Assembly (NCBI GenBank): GCA_902779665.1
Contig: CACZCN010000014.1
Location: 1,403-65,402 of the forward strand
Source: an uncultured Prevotellaceae bacterium
GTDB taxonomy: Bacteria; Bacteroidota; Bacteroidia; Bacteroidales; Bacteroidaceae
Direction: 5' to 3'
Length of the DNA stretch: 64,000 nt
Positions 39,335 through 50,769 of the stretch are shown here, piece by piece. The translations under genes and the position numbers were made by a program. The first letter of the stretch is position 1. The number at the start of each line of letters is the position of its first letter. The notes under the pieces are model-generated. The model had not been told where the DNA came from and searched no databases. It saw only the letters and a program-made list of their open reading frames with translations.

Positions 39335-40042
39335 ATGGTTTTCAAAAATAAAGTTGCAGTCATAACAGGTGGCGCACAGGGTATAGGACTGTGCATTGCG
39401 GAGGAGTTTCAGAAAGCAGGAGCTGTGGTTTGCGTTATAGATAAGCAGCAAGGTGACCATAATGTAGGCGATATTGCGGACAAACAAGTGCTGGAGGATT
39501 TTGCCAATGACGTAATAAAGATACATGGACATGTAGATTTTCTCATCAATAATGCCCTGCCACAGATGAGGGGAATCAACGAGTGCAGCTATGAGGAGTT
39601 TCAATACGCTTTGAGCGTTGGCGTGACGGCTCCATTCTATCTCACTAAACTCTTTGCTCCATATTTCGCCCCAAATGCTGCCATTGTGAATATATCATCC
39701 TCACGAGACCGTATGAGTATGCCACAGACAGAGAGCTATACAGCGGCAAAAGGAGGCATTGCAGCATTAACTCATGCACTTGCTGTAAGTCTGGCGGGAA
39801 AGGTGCGAGTAAACAGTATTTCACCAGGTTGGATAGATACCGCCTATACCGTATATGAAGGTCCTGATGCCGTACAACAGCCAGTCGGACGTGTTGGAAA
39901 TCCTTTGGATATTGCTAACATGGTGCTCTATCTCTGCTCTGAAAAGGCAGGTTTCATCACAGGTGAGAATATCTGCATTGACGGTGGCATGACTCATCAG
40001 ATGATATACCACGGAGACAATGGTTGGAGTTTTAATCCATGA
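39335..40042 (+). CDS. short-chain dehydrogenase/reductase
   Basis: TGGAQGIG, INNA, YTAAK, NSISPGWI. Confidence 0.93.
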   Translation: MVFKNKVAVITGGAQGIGLCIAEEFQKAGAVVCVIDKQQGDHNVGDIADKQVLEDFANDVIKIHGHVDFLINNALPQMRGINECSYEEFQYALSVGVTAPFYLTKLFAPYFAPNAAIVNISSSRDRMSMPQTESYTAAKGGIAALTHALAVSLAGKVRVNSISPGWIDTAYTVYEGPDAVQQPVGRVGNPLDIANMVLYLCSEKAGFITGENICIDGGMTHQMIYHGDNGWSFNP

Positions 40043-40069
40043 TGTTATAATCAACATGAAGATAAATGC

Positions 40070-40378
40070 ATGAATCTACCTAAGTTTATTATCACTATGA
40101 ACGGGTATTTCCGTCTCGGTATGGTCAATCAGCACAAGGATTTGCTGAAGCACGGTGAGCAATGTATTGGTGGCGGTTACTATAGCCTCGATTTCGTTTC
40201 AAACCGCATCATACTCGATAGGGAATCCTACGATTTCGGCCGTCCCAGATGGCATCTGTTAGATACATTAAAGATACCCTCTACTTATCGTGGTCTAAGC
40301 CTTGTTTACAAGTACAACGATGGTTTTCACGATGACTTCATTGTCAGCGAAGAATTGGAAATTGAATATTACGACTAA
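40070..40378 (+). CDS. hypothetical protein
   Basis: 102-aa ORF spaced like an operon member; no motif recognised. Confidence 0.6.
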   Translation: MNLPKFIITMNGYFRLGMVNQHKDLLKHGEQCIGGGYYSLDFVSNRIILDRESYDFGRPRWHLLDTLKIPSTYRGLSLVYKYNDGFHDDFIVSEELEIEYYD

Positions 40379-40407
40379 CGGATATTAGAATGAATTAAAC
40401 GTTTAAT

Positions 40408-42960
40408 ATGATAAAAATGAAAAAAATATTATTGTTTGCATTCTTGGCGATAGGAACATTTGCCAAAGCCCAAAGTGAGTATACTATCACGGTTGAGAGC
40501 AAAAAGCCATCTGGAATCATCGATGAGATGCTCTACGGACAGCTTTTCGAGCATATCTATTTCAGCGCCAACAATGGTGTCTGGCAGGAACTCATACAAG
40601 AACGCTCCTTTGAGCCTGAGCAGTATCCCGGCATTCATCCTCGTGACGGCTATTTCGACGGATGGTTTATGGACGACAACATGGTGCTGCATTCACCTAC
40701 CCGATATGAACAGCCACTCAAGATTGACAGCATAAATACCTGCGACTTCGATCTTACCATGGATGTGAACTGGCGTTCATACAAGTTGGCTCGACGTGCT
40801 TGGAGTGGTGGTTTGATGGATATCCGTTTTGCTATTCGTAACAAGGCCGATGGTTCGCCTTATTTTGTCCGCATACACGATCCTTATTATGAAAGTCGTA
40901 CTTTTACTCCTGCGCAGACACAGTCGCAGATTGACGCTGCAAACGAAACTGCTGCACGCGCAGCTCTTCAGAAACAGAATGCTACAGCCGATTTCTCTAT
41001 CTGTCAGATGGAAGAACGTGAGATGCCAGGCTTCGGAGGCCGGCCTGCACGCCGTGTGAATATGCTAACTCCATTGATATCGGCTCCTGCTTCTAAGGAG
41101 CAGGTTAATGAGGAGCAAAAATGGCATAAACTGCGTATTGTGAGCCGTGGCAGTAAGGTAACGGTGTTCTGGGACGACAAAGAGGTATTAAGCTACGACG
41201 GATTGGAGAAGGCTGATCGTAATTTCCTGGCATTCTGGGTAAATTATACCGAGGCTACATACCGAAATATAAAGCTCACAGCAACAGACGGAACAGTACT
41301 GTTTGAGGGTACTCCGGGGGATGTCAGGACTCCGGCTATTGCACAGCAATGGACAGCATTTGGCGATGGAGGCAAGTATCGTCTTGTAAAGGATGATGCC
41401 GTCAATATGTGCTATTCGCAGGAAATTGCAGCAGGAAAGGCTGAAGCTGGTATTTTCCAAGGACCACAGAACATTATCTCTGGAGAGACATATGTAGGTT
41501 CTATATATGCCAAGGGCAAGGGAGAACTGATTGTGGGACTGCGCAATTCTGAAGGCAAGTTCGTAGCACGGAAGTCACTTGGCAAAGTGGATCAGGATTG
41601 GAAGAAATATGGGTTTACACTTGAACCTCAAGTAAATTGTGATGGCGATTTTGCGATTGCAGTTAAAGATGGTACGGTACAGGTTGACATGGCTACTATG
41701 ACAACGCAGACAGGTATAAACTTGGGAGGTTTCCGTCCCGACATTCTGAAAGCCGTAAAGGAACTGCACCCTACCTGCCTACGTTGGCCTGGCGGTGGAT
41801 ATGTTGCTCAGTATGACTGGCAATGGGGCATCGGTCCACAGGAAAACCGTGAACGCTGGGCACACTGGATGTGGATGGACTATGATCAGAACTGCTTCGG
41901 TACTGATGAATTCATACGTTTCTGCCGTGAGGTAAACTCTGAGCCTGTAATTGTTGTGAGCGTCAAGTTTGAACGTCCGGAAAGTGAGTATGAAAGCATA
42001 CTTCAGGATGCGTTGAACTGGCTGCGCTACTGTAATGCTCCTGCTACAGACGAATGGGGAGCAAAGCGTGCTGCCAACGGACATCCAGAGCCTTACAATG
42101 TGAAATATTGGGAGATAGACAATGAGATGTGGGAAATGGGTATTGAGCGTTATGAGAAATGTGTTCGCGATTTCAGTACCGCGATGCGCAAGATAGACCC
42201 GACAATCAAGATCATTGCTTGCGGTGGATTCAGGGAGGATGAGGATTTCATCAAGCGTAGCGGCAATTATTTCGACTATCTGAGTCTGCATCACTATGAG
42301 CAACAAGGCGGATATGCAACAGGTCCTGTACGTCTTGGAGAGCAGTACGATAACTATGCCAAGATTATTTCTGAAGGTCCTAATCCTAATATCAAGCTGT
42401 TCATATCAGAGTGGAATCTGAACAGCATAGACTGGCGTACAGGTCTGTTTGCAGGAGGCTTCCTTAATACGTGTGAGGCTCGTGACGTGGTGGCAATGGG
42501 TGCTGCAGCTCTGTTCATACGTCGAACTGATGCTCCAGATTGGAACAATGCCTTCATAAACTTTGACTACAAGGATATGTTCAAGGCACCAAACTGTCAG
42601 GTGACGGAGCTTTGGTACGACCATTTCTCTAAGTATCGCCTGGCATTCAGCGGTGAAACTGGTAATCTTAGTGTTAGCACCACTATGGAGGAGAATGGTT
42701 CTGGTGTGATAGTAAAGGTAGTGAACCCAACAGAAGAGCCTGCTACCCTGCGTATCAAAGGCGATTGGAAGGGTGTTAAGGATACCGCCTTCGAGTATTA
42801 TGCACCAGGTTCGCTAACTGTGGCAAACAGCATGGACAACAAGAATGCCGTTGTCCTTCAAAAAGCGACACCAAAGACCGAGGGTAATGATGTCATTCTC
42901 TCCGTCCCTGCCCTATCTGCTGGTGTTCTGACTATTACAAAGAAGCAGGCAACAGAATAA
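40408..42960 (+). CDS. GH51 alpha-L-arabinofuranosidase-like, secreted, with inserted domain
   Basis: YGQLFEH, LRWPGG, FGTDEF, WEIDNE, ISEWN. Confidence 0.87.
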   Translation: MIKMKKILLFAFLAIGTFAKAQSEYTITVESKKPSGIIDEMLYGQLFEHIYFSANNGVWQELIQERSFEPEQYPGIHPRDGYFDGWFMDDNMVLHSPTRYEQPLKIDSINTCDFDLTMDVNWRSYKLARRAWSGGLMDIRFAIRNKADGSPYFVRIHDPYYESRTFTPAQTQSQIDAANETAARAALQKQNATADFSICQMEEREMPGFGGRPARRVNMLTPLISAPASKEQVNEEQKWHKLRIVSRGSKVTVFWDDKEVLSYDGLEKADRNFLAFWVNYTEATYRNIKLTATDGTVLFEGTPGDVRTPAIAQQWTAFGDGGKYRLVKDDAVNMCYSQEIAAGKAEAGIFQGPQNIISGETYVGSIYAKGKGELIVGLRNSEGKFVARKSLGKVDQDWKKYGFTLEPQVNCDGDFAIAVKDGTVQVDMATMTTQTGINLGGFRPDILKAVKELHPTCLRWPGGGYVAQYDWQWGIGPQENRERWAHWMWMDYDQNCFGTDEFIRFCREVNSEPVIVVSVKFERPESEYESILQDALNWLRYCNAPATDEWGAKRAANGHPEPYNVKYWEIDNEMWEMGIERYEKCVRDFSTAMRKIDPTIKIIACGGFREDEDFIKRSGNYFDYLSLHHYEQQGGYATGPVRLGEQYDNYAKIISEGPNPNIKLFISEWNLNSIDWRTGLFAGGFLNTCEARDVVAMGAAALFIRRTDAPDWNNAFINFDYKDMFKAPNCQVTELWYDHFSKYRLAFSGETGNLSVSTTMEENGSGVIVKVVNPTEEPATLRIKGDWKGVKDTAFEYYAPGSLTVANSMDNKNAVVLQKATPKTEGNDVILSVPALSAGVLTITKKQATE

Positions 42961-42990
42961 TTACGTTATTTCAAGATAAGTTTTATATTC

Positions 42991-43038
42991 AGTGTGCAAT
43001 ATGTGAATAGGCTTCGCATATTGCACACTTTACTTTTT
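42991..43038 (+). terminator. intrinsic terminator
   Basis: AGTGTGCAATATG...CATATTGCACACT then T-rich tract. Confidence 0.8.
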
Positions 43039-43172
43039 CATAGGAAATCTTTTTGTTTTTTTTTTCGGTTTGAATTTTCGTTTTTCTATATGCAAAACAG
43101 AGAGCATATAACATTTGCATAATTTTGTGATACTTTTTTGTGATATTTGAACGTTGTTTCAATTATAATTTG

Positions 43173-43180
43173 TATATTTG
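43173..43180 (+). promoter_or_regulatory. -7 box TATATTTG for the CE1-GH3 operon
   Basis: About 30 bp before ATG 43211. Confidence 0.65.
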
Positions 43181-43192
43181 CAACATAATTAA

Positions 43193-44425
<1,233 letters not shown>

Positions 44426-44431
44426 AAGCGT

Positions 44432-46795
44432 ATGAAAAAGACCATGTTTTTCGCCCTCGGCATGACCACCTTGATGATGGGGTGTATGTCTGCCGACAAA
44501 GAGACTAAGAACACCATAAATCAGGAAGAGGTGATGTCAAAGCTGTCACTCGAAGACAAAGCACACTTCGTGATTGGTGTGGGTATGAAAGGTTTCTCAG
44601 GCAATGATGCTGTTATAGGCGCCACGCAGAGTCTTGTGCCTGGCGCTGCAGGTACTACCTATCCTCTCGATTCGTTAGGTATTCCTGCTGTGGTATTGGC
44701 TGATGGTCCTGCAGGATTGCGTATAGACGCAAAACGTGAAGGCGACTCTGCATCTTACTATTGCACCCACTTCCCTATCGGAACGCTCTTAGCTTCAACA
44801 TGGAACACTCAACTTGTAGAAGAGGTAGGTCAAGCTATTGGCGAGGAGGTGAAGGAGTATGGTGCCGACGTTCTCTTGGCTCCAGCCCTTAACATTATGC
44901 GTAATCCGTTATGCGGACGTAACTTCGAGTACTATTCCGAGGATCCTGTTGTGGCAGGTAAGACGGCAGCAGCCTATATACTTGGCGTACAGAAGAATGA
45001 TGTTGGTACGAGTATCAAGCACTTTGCTGCAAACAATCAGGAGACCAATCGAATGAACACCGATGCACAGATCTCTCAACGTGCTCTGCGTGAAATCTAT
45101 CTGAAGGGATTTGAGATCGCTATCAAGGAGTCAAAACCTTGGACGGTGATGACATCCTACAACTATATCAACGGTACATACGCTTCTGAAAGCAAGGATC
45201 TCGTCACCACTATTCTGAGAGGTGAATGGGGATATGAGGGTACTGTAATGACAGACTGGTTCGGTGGTAAAGATGGTGCAAAACAGATGTGGGCTGGTAA
45301 TGATATGCTGCAACCTGGCAAGAACGAGCAATTCGACAGCATCATATCTGGCGTTAAGAGTGGTAAACTTGACGTCGCAGACCTTGACCGTAATGTAAAG
45401 CGCGTGCTGAACCTCGTAGAAAAAAGTCCGCGCTTTCAAGGTTATCAATATTCTAACAAACCAGACTTGAAGACTCATGCTGCTGTAACACGACAGTCTG
45501 CTGCAGAGGGTATGGTGCTCATGAAGAACAACAAAGCGTTGCCATTCAATAAAGACATTAAGAATGTGGCACTATATGGCTGTACCTCATACGATTTCAT
45601 TGCCGGTGGTACAGGTTCAGGTAATGTAAACCATGCATACGTTGTTTCACTTGTTGATGGTTTGAAGAATGGCGGTTATATCATCTCTGATGAGTTGAAG
45701 AGCGCATACGAGACCTATATTGCCGACAGCAAGAAGAAAGCAGAGGCTGCTCTCGAGGAGATGGCGAAGAAAGACCCTAAGAATGCCTCACTTGTAAAGT
45801 TCCTTCCTGGTACCCTACCTACAGAGAAGCAGTTTACTGTTGACGAACTGACCAAACAGGCAAAGACGTCTGATGTGGCTGTGATTACAATAGGACGCAT
45901 CTCAGGTGAGTTTTTGGACCGTAATGTGTCAAACTTCAATCTTAACGACTCTGAGACAAAGCTCATCAAGCAGGTATGCGATGTATATCATAAGGTTGGC
46001 AAGCAGGTGATTGTATTGCTTAACATCGGTGGTGTTATCGAGACTGCTTCTTGGAAGGAACTTCCCGATGCTATTCTCTGTGCTTGGCAAGCAGGACAGG
46101 AAGGTGGCAATAGCGTTGTAGATGTTCTCAGCGGCAAGCAGTCTCCTTCTGGTAAGTTCACAATGACATGGCCTGTTAAGTTCACCGATGCCTATTCGTC
46201 AAAGAACTTCCCTATCGACCAGGATCCACGTATTGACATGTTGAACCAAGGTCAGAAAGGAAATGTGAAGAATGTTGACTATACCGATTATGAAGAGGAC
46301 ATCTATGTAGGTTATCGGTACTTTGATTCGTTTAATGTGCCTGTAAGCTATCCATTTGGTTTCGGACTCAGCTATACTACATTCGAATACTCAGATGCGA
46401 AGATTGCAGAAAAGGATGGTGGCTATGAGGTGAACGTTACTATCAAGAACACAGGTTCATACGAGGGTAAGGAAGTTGTGGAACTTTATGTTTCTGCTCC
46501 CGACAATAAGGCAGCCAACAAGCCTGTGAAAGAGTTGAAGGCGTTTGCCAAGACAAAGTCGTTGAAACCTGGTGAGAGCGAGACCGTCACTCTCAATGTA
46601 AAGGCTGCTGACCTTGCCTCATTCGACGAGGTCAATTCTGCATGGGTTGTTGCCAAGGGCGAATATGAATTTATTGTAGCTGCTTCTGCCAAGGATATTA
46701 AGGCTACCCTCAAAGCTACTGCTCAGGCTCAGCAGACAAAGGCTAATAATGTATTGAAGCCGAATGTGAAGTTAAACCTTCTTAAGAGACAATAA
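44432..46795 (+). CDS. GH3 beta-glucosidase/xylosidase lipoprotein
   Basis: ADGPAG, GRNFEYYSEDP, KHFAAN, VMTDW, YPFGFGLSY, Fn3-like C-terminus; lipobox MMGC. Confidence 0.93.
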   Translation: MKKTMFFALGMTTLMMGCMSADKETKNTINQEEVMSKLSLEDKAHFVIGVGMKGFSGNDAVIGATQSLVPGAAGTTYPLDSLGIPAVVLADGPAGLRIDAKREGDSASYYCTHFPIGTLLASTWNTQLVEEVGQAIGEEVKEYGADVLLAPALNIMRNPLCGRNFEYYSEDPVVAGKTAAAYILGVQKNDVGTSIKHFAANNQETNRMNTDAQISQRALREIYLKGFEIAIKESKPWTVMTSYNYINGTYASESKDLVTTILRGEWGYEGTVMTDWFGGKDGAKQMWAGNDMLQPGKNEQFDSIISGVKSGKLDVADLDRNVKRVLNLVEKSPRFQGYQYSNKPDLKTHAAVTRQSAAEGMVLMKNNKALPFNKDIKNVALYGCTSYDFIAGGTGSGNVNHAYVVSLVDGLKNGGYIISDELKSAYETYIADSKKKAEAALEEMAKKDPKNASLVKFLPGTLPTEKQFTVDELTKQAKTSDVAVITIGRISGEFLDRNVSNFNLNDSETKLIKQVCDVYHKVGKQVIVLLNIGGVIETASWKELPDAILCAWQAGQEGGNSVVDVLSGKQSPSGKFTMTWPVKFTDAYSSKNFPIDQDPRIDMLNQGQKGNVKNVDYTDYEEDIYVGYRYFDSFNVPVSYPFGFGLSYTTFEYSDAKIAEKDGGYEVNVTIKNTGSYEGKEVVELYVSAPDNKAANKPVKELKAFAKTKSLKPGESETVTLNVKAADLASFDEVNSAWVVAKGEYEFIVAASAKDIKATLKATAQAQQTKANNVLKPNVKLNLLKRQ

Positions 46796-46806
46796 ATGTA
46801 TACAAC

Positions 46807-48196
<1,390 letters not shown>

Positions 48197-48299
48197 TCAA
48201 TAAACATGATAAAACCGACAATAAAAAATGCAGAATGTCTGATTGTTCTGATTATATGATTTATATGTCAGAATCATCAGTTAAATTATGTTAGAAAAA

Positions 48300-48340
48300 C
48301 CAACCTAAGGCTAAAAGTTTTCTTAGGTTGGCTTTTTTTT
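48300..48340 (+). terminator. intrinsic terminator
   Basis: CCAACCTAAG...CTTAGGTTGG followed by 8 T. Confidence 0.75.
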
Positions 48341-48342
48341 CT

Positions 48343-48350
48343 TAACTTTG
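48343..48350 (+). promoter_or_regulatory. -7 box TAACTTTG for ino1
   Basis: Directly precedes the tandem element. Confidence 0.7.
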
Positions 48351-48351
48351 C

Positions 48352-48582
48352 GCTCGCTAAATGAAACGTGCGCCAGCCTTCGGGCTGACATGCACTTTTA
48401 GCTTCACGCGAGGTGATTCGCACGTTGCGCTCGCTAAATGAAACGTGCACCAGCCTTCGGGCTGACATGCACTTTTAGCTTCACGCGAGGTGATTCGCAC
48501 GTTGCGCTCGCTAAATGAAACGTGCGCCAGCCTTTGGGCTGACATGCACTTTTAGCTTCACGCGAGGTGATTTGCACGTTGC
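48352..48582 (+). repeat. three tandem 77-bp copies of the promoter-anchored structured element (locus A)
   Basis: TTGCGCTCGCTAAATGAAACGTGC recurs at 48348, 48425, 48502; copies differ at 1-2 positions; no spacers. Confidence 0.9.
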
Positions 48583-48614
48583 ATCTTAATCAAAGATATC
48601 AAAAACCTAAAATA

Positions 48615-49922
48615 ATGAAACAAAATAATGTAAAGCCTGCAGAAGGCAAATTGGGAATTCTTGTTGTCGGAAACGGAGCCGTGGCAACAACCTTCATGAC
48701 TGGCGTGCTTATGACCCGCAAGGGACTTACAAAGCCAATTGGTTCAATGACTCAATATGATAAGATTCGTGTTGGCAAGGGTGCAGACAAGAAATACCTC
48801 CATTACAAGGATATTGTCCCTATGACGGATCTGAAAGACATAGTATTCGGCTGCTGGGATGTATATCCTCAGAATGCATACCAAAGTGCTATGTATTGTG
48901 AAGTCCTCAAGGAAAAGGACATCAACCCTGTGAAGGACGAACTGGAGCAGATTGTTCCTATGAAGGCTGCATTCGACAAGAACTTTGCAAAACGACTTGA
49001 AGGCGACAACGTGAAAGACTGTAAGACACGTTGGGACATGGTCGAGGCGCTTCGTAAGGATATACGTGATTTCAAGACAGAAAAAGGATGTGCACGTATT
49101 GTTGTACTCTGGGCTGCCTCCACAGAAATCTATGTACCTGTAAATATGGAGGTACACGATACTTTGGAGCACTTGGAGGCTGCTATGAAGGCAAACGATA
49201 CTGAAAATATCGCCCCTTCTATGTGCTATGCGTATGCAGCTCTTGCAGAAGGAGCACCTTTCATCATGGGAGCTCCTAACACCACCGTTGATATTCCTGC
49301 TATGTGGGAAATGTCAGAAAAGACAAAGATGCCTATCGCTGGTAAGGATTTCAAGACCGGACAGACACTCGTGAAGTCTGGTTTCTCCCCTATTATCGGT
49401 ACTCGCTGCCTCGGACTTAGCGGTTGGTTCTCAACCAATATTCTTGGCAATCGTGACGGACTTGTACTTGACGAACCTGCAAACTTCCGTACTAAGGAGG
49501 TTTCAAAGCTTTCTACACTTGAGACAATTCTTAAGCCTGAAGATCAGCCAGACCTATATACTGATTATTATCACAAGGTCCGCATCAATTATTATCCACC
49601 TCGCAACGACAATAAGGAAGGATGGGATAATATCGACATATTCGGATGGATGGGCTATCCTATGCAGATAAAGATTAACTTCCTTTGTCGTGACTCTATC
49701 CTCGCTGCCCCACTCTGCCTTGACCTTTGTCTGTTGTCAGACCTTGCAGCTCGCGCAGGAAAATATGGAATACAGCGTTTCTTAAGTTTCTTCCTAAAGT
49801 CACCTATGCACGACTATACCAAGGGTGAAGAGGCTGTAAACCATCTGTATCAGCAATACACGATGCTGAAGAATGCGATTCGTGAAATGGGTGGTTACGA
49901 AGCCGATGAAGAGATTGATTAA
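48615..49922 (+). CDS. ino1: myo-inositol-1-phosphate synthase
   Basis: GNGAVATT, GKDFKTGQT, NILGNRDG, GDNKE-like NDNKEGWD, RDSILAAPL; start ATG 48615. Confidence 0.9.
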   Translation: MKQNNVKPAEGKLGILVVGNGAVATTFMTGVLMTRKGLTKPIGSMTQYDKIRVGKGADKKYLHYKDIVPMTDLKDIVFGCWDVYPQNAYQSAMYCEVLKEKDINPVKDELEQIVPMKAAFDKNFAKRLEGDNVKDCKTRWDMVEALRKDIRDFKTEKGCARIVVLWAASTEIYVPVNMEVHDTLEHLEAAMKANDTENIAPSMCYAYAALAEGAPFIMGAPNTTVDIPAMWEMSEKTKMPIAGKDFKTGQTLVKSGFSPIIGTRCLGLSGWFSTNILGNRDGLVLDEPANFRTKEVSKLSTLETILKPEDQPDLYTDYYHKVRINYYPPRNDNKEGWDNIDIFGWMGYPMQIKINFLCRDSILAAPLCLDLCLLSDLAARAGKYGIQRFLSFFLKSPMHDYTKGEEAVNHLYQQYTMLKNAIREMGGYEADEEID

Positions 49923-49982
49923 TTTATTTATAAGCAACTCATTAGCTTACGATTATTAACTTGTAACTTTAATCAAGAATAA

Positions 49983-50381
49983 GTGGCAAAGCAATCGTAT
50001 ATACAGGCCAATAAAGACTGGCTTGCTGAAAAAGCTAAGGAAGAAGGCGTAAAGGCTCTTCCCAAGGGCGTATATTACAAGGTGTTGGCTGAAGGCGATA
50101 AGAATAGTCTTCAGCCAACACGCCGTAGTATCGTGACTGTTCACTATACAGGCAAGACTATCAACGGCAAGAAATTTGATTCAAGCCGCGGAGGTACTCC
50201 TCCTGCTTTCCGCCTTAGCGAACTTATCGAGGGATGGATAATAGCAATCCAACAGATGCACATTGGTGACAAATGGGAAGTATATATCCCTGCAGAACTC
50301 GGCTATGGTAAATTCTATCAGCCAGGCATTCCTGGTGGATCAACTCTCATCTTCGAAATAGAACTTCTTGGTGTGGCGTAA
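49983..50381 (+). CDS. FKBP-type peptidyl-prolyl isomerase
   Basis: VHYTG, FDSS, LIEGW, IPAELGYG, STLIFEIEL. Confidence 0.93.
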   Translation: MAKQSYIQANKDWLAEKAKEEGVKALPKGVYYKVLAEGDKNSLQPTRRSIVTVHYTGKTINGKKFDSSRGGTPPAFRLSELIEGWIIAIQQMHIGDKWEVYIPAELGYGKFYQPGIPGGSTLIFEIELLGVA

Positions 50382-50769
50382 TACTAATATCGTGCACAAA
50401 AATCCGATTATATTTGTCTCATTAGTTCTAATCCTATCGACTTCATGCAGGACAAAACAATATGAGGAATTCTCTACCCCGATTCTATCGAAAGAGAAAA
50501 TCGTTCCAGAGCATTATCCTGATGTTTTCCTTATAATGTATGATGCCAAAATAGGAAAAGAACCCTTGCTTGAAGCCATAAAAGAATACAAGTGTGAGAT
50601 CATATACGATTATGGCACCATTAACGGCATGGCCTTGAAAAAGCCAGAAGATAAGACTCTTGAGGAGACTATGCAGTATTTCAAGAAGGTAAAAGGGGTG
50701 ACGAATGTAGAATACGACCATATCATACGCCTTACCGACCCTGTTAAACCCAAATTAGAGACAAAATGA
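50368..50769 (+). CDS. hypothetical lipoprotein, peptidase-inhibitor I9 / subtilisin-propeptide-like
   Basis: Lipobox STSC; IIYDYGTINGMAL and GVTNVEYD resemble propeptide patterns. Confidence 0.55.
   Translation: MVWRNTNIVHKNPIIFVSLVLILSTSCRTKQYEEFSTPILSKEKIVPEHYPDVFLIMYDAKIGKEPLLEAIKEYKCEIIYDYGTINGMALKKPEDKTLEETMQYFKKVKGVTNVEYDHIIRLTDPVKPKLETK

Noticed and set aside
48352-48428. Self-cleaving ribozyme or known riboswitch in the structured element
   Set aside because: GAAAC is present but there is no CUGANGA hammerhead core. I could not match twister, pistol, TPP, cobalamin, SAM or c-di-GMP consensus by eye. An Infernal search is still needed.
48352-48582. CRISPR array
   Set aside because: Units are 77 bp and contiguous with no unique spacers; no cas genes in the window.
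48286-48614. Short ORFs over the tandem element and the extended ino1 start at 48567
   Set aside because: Translations simply mirror the DNA repeat; ATG 48615 gives the expected N-terminus.
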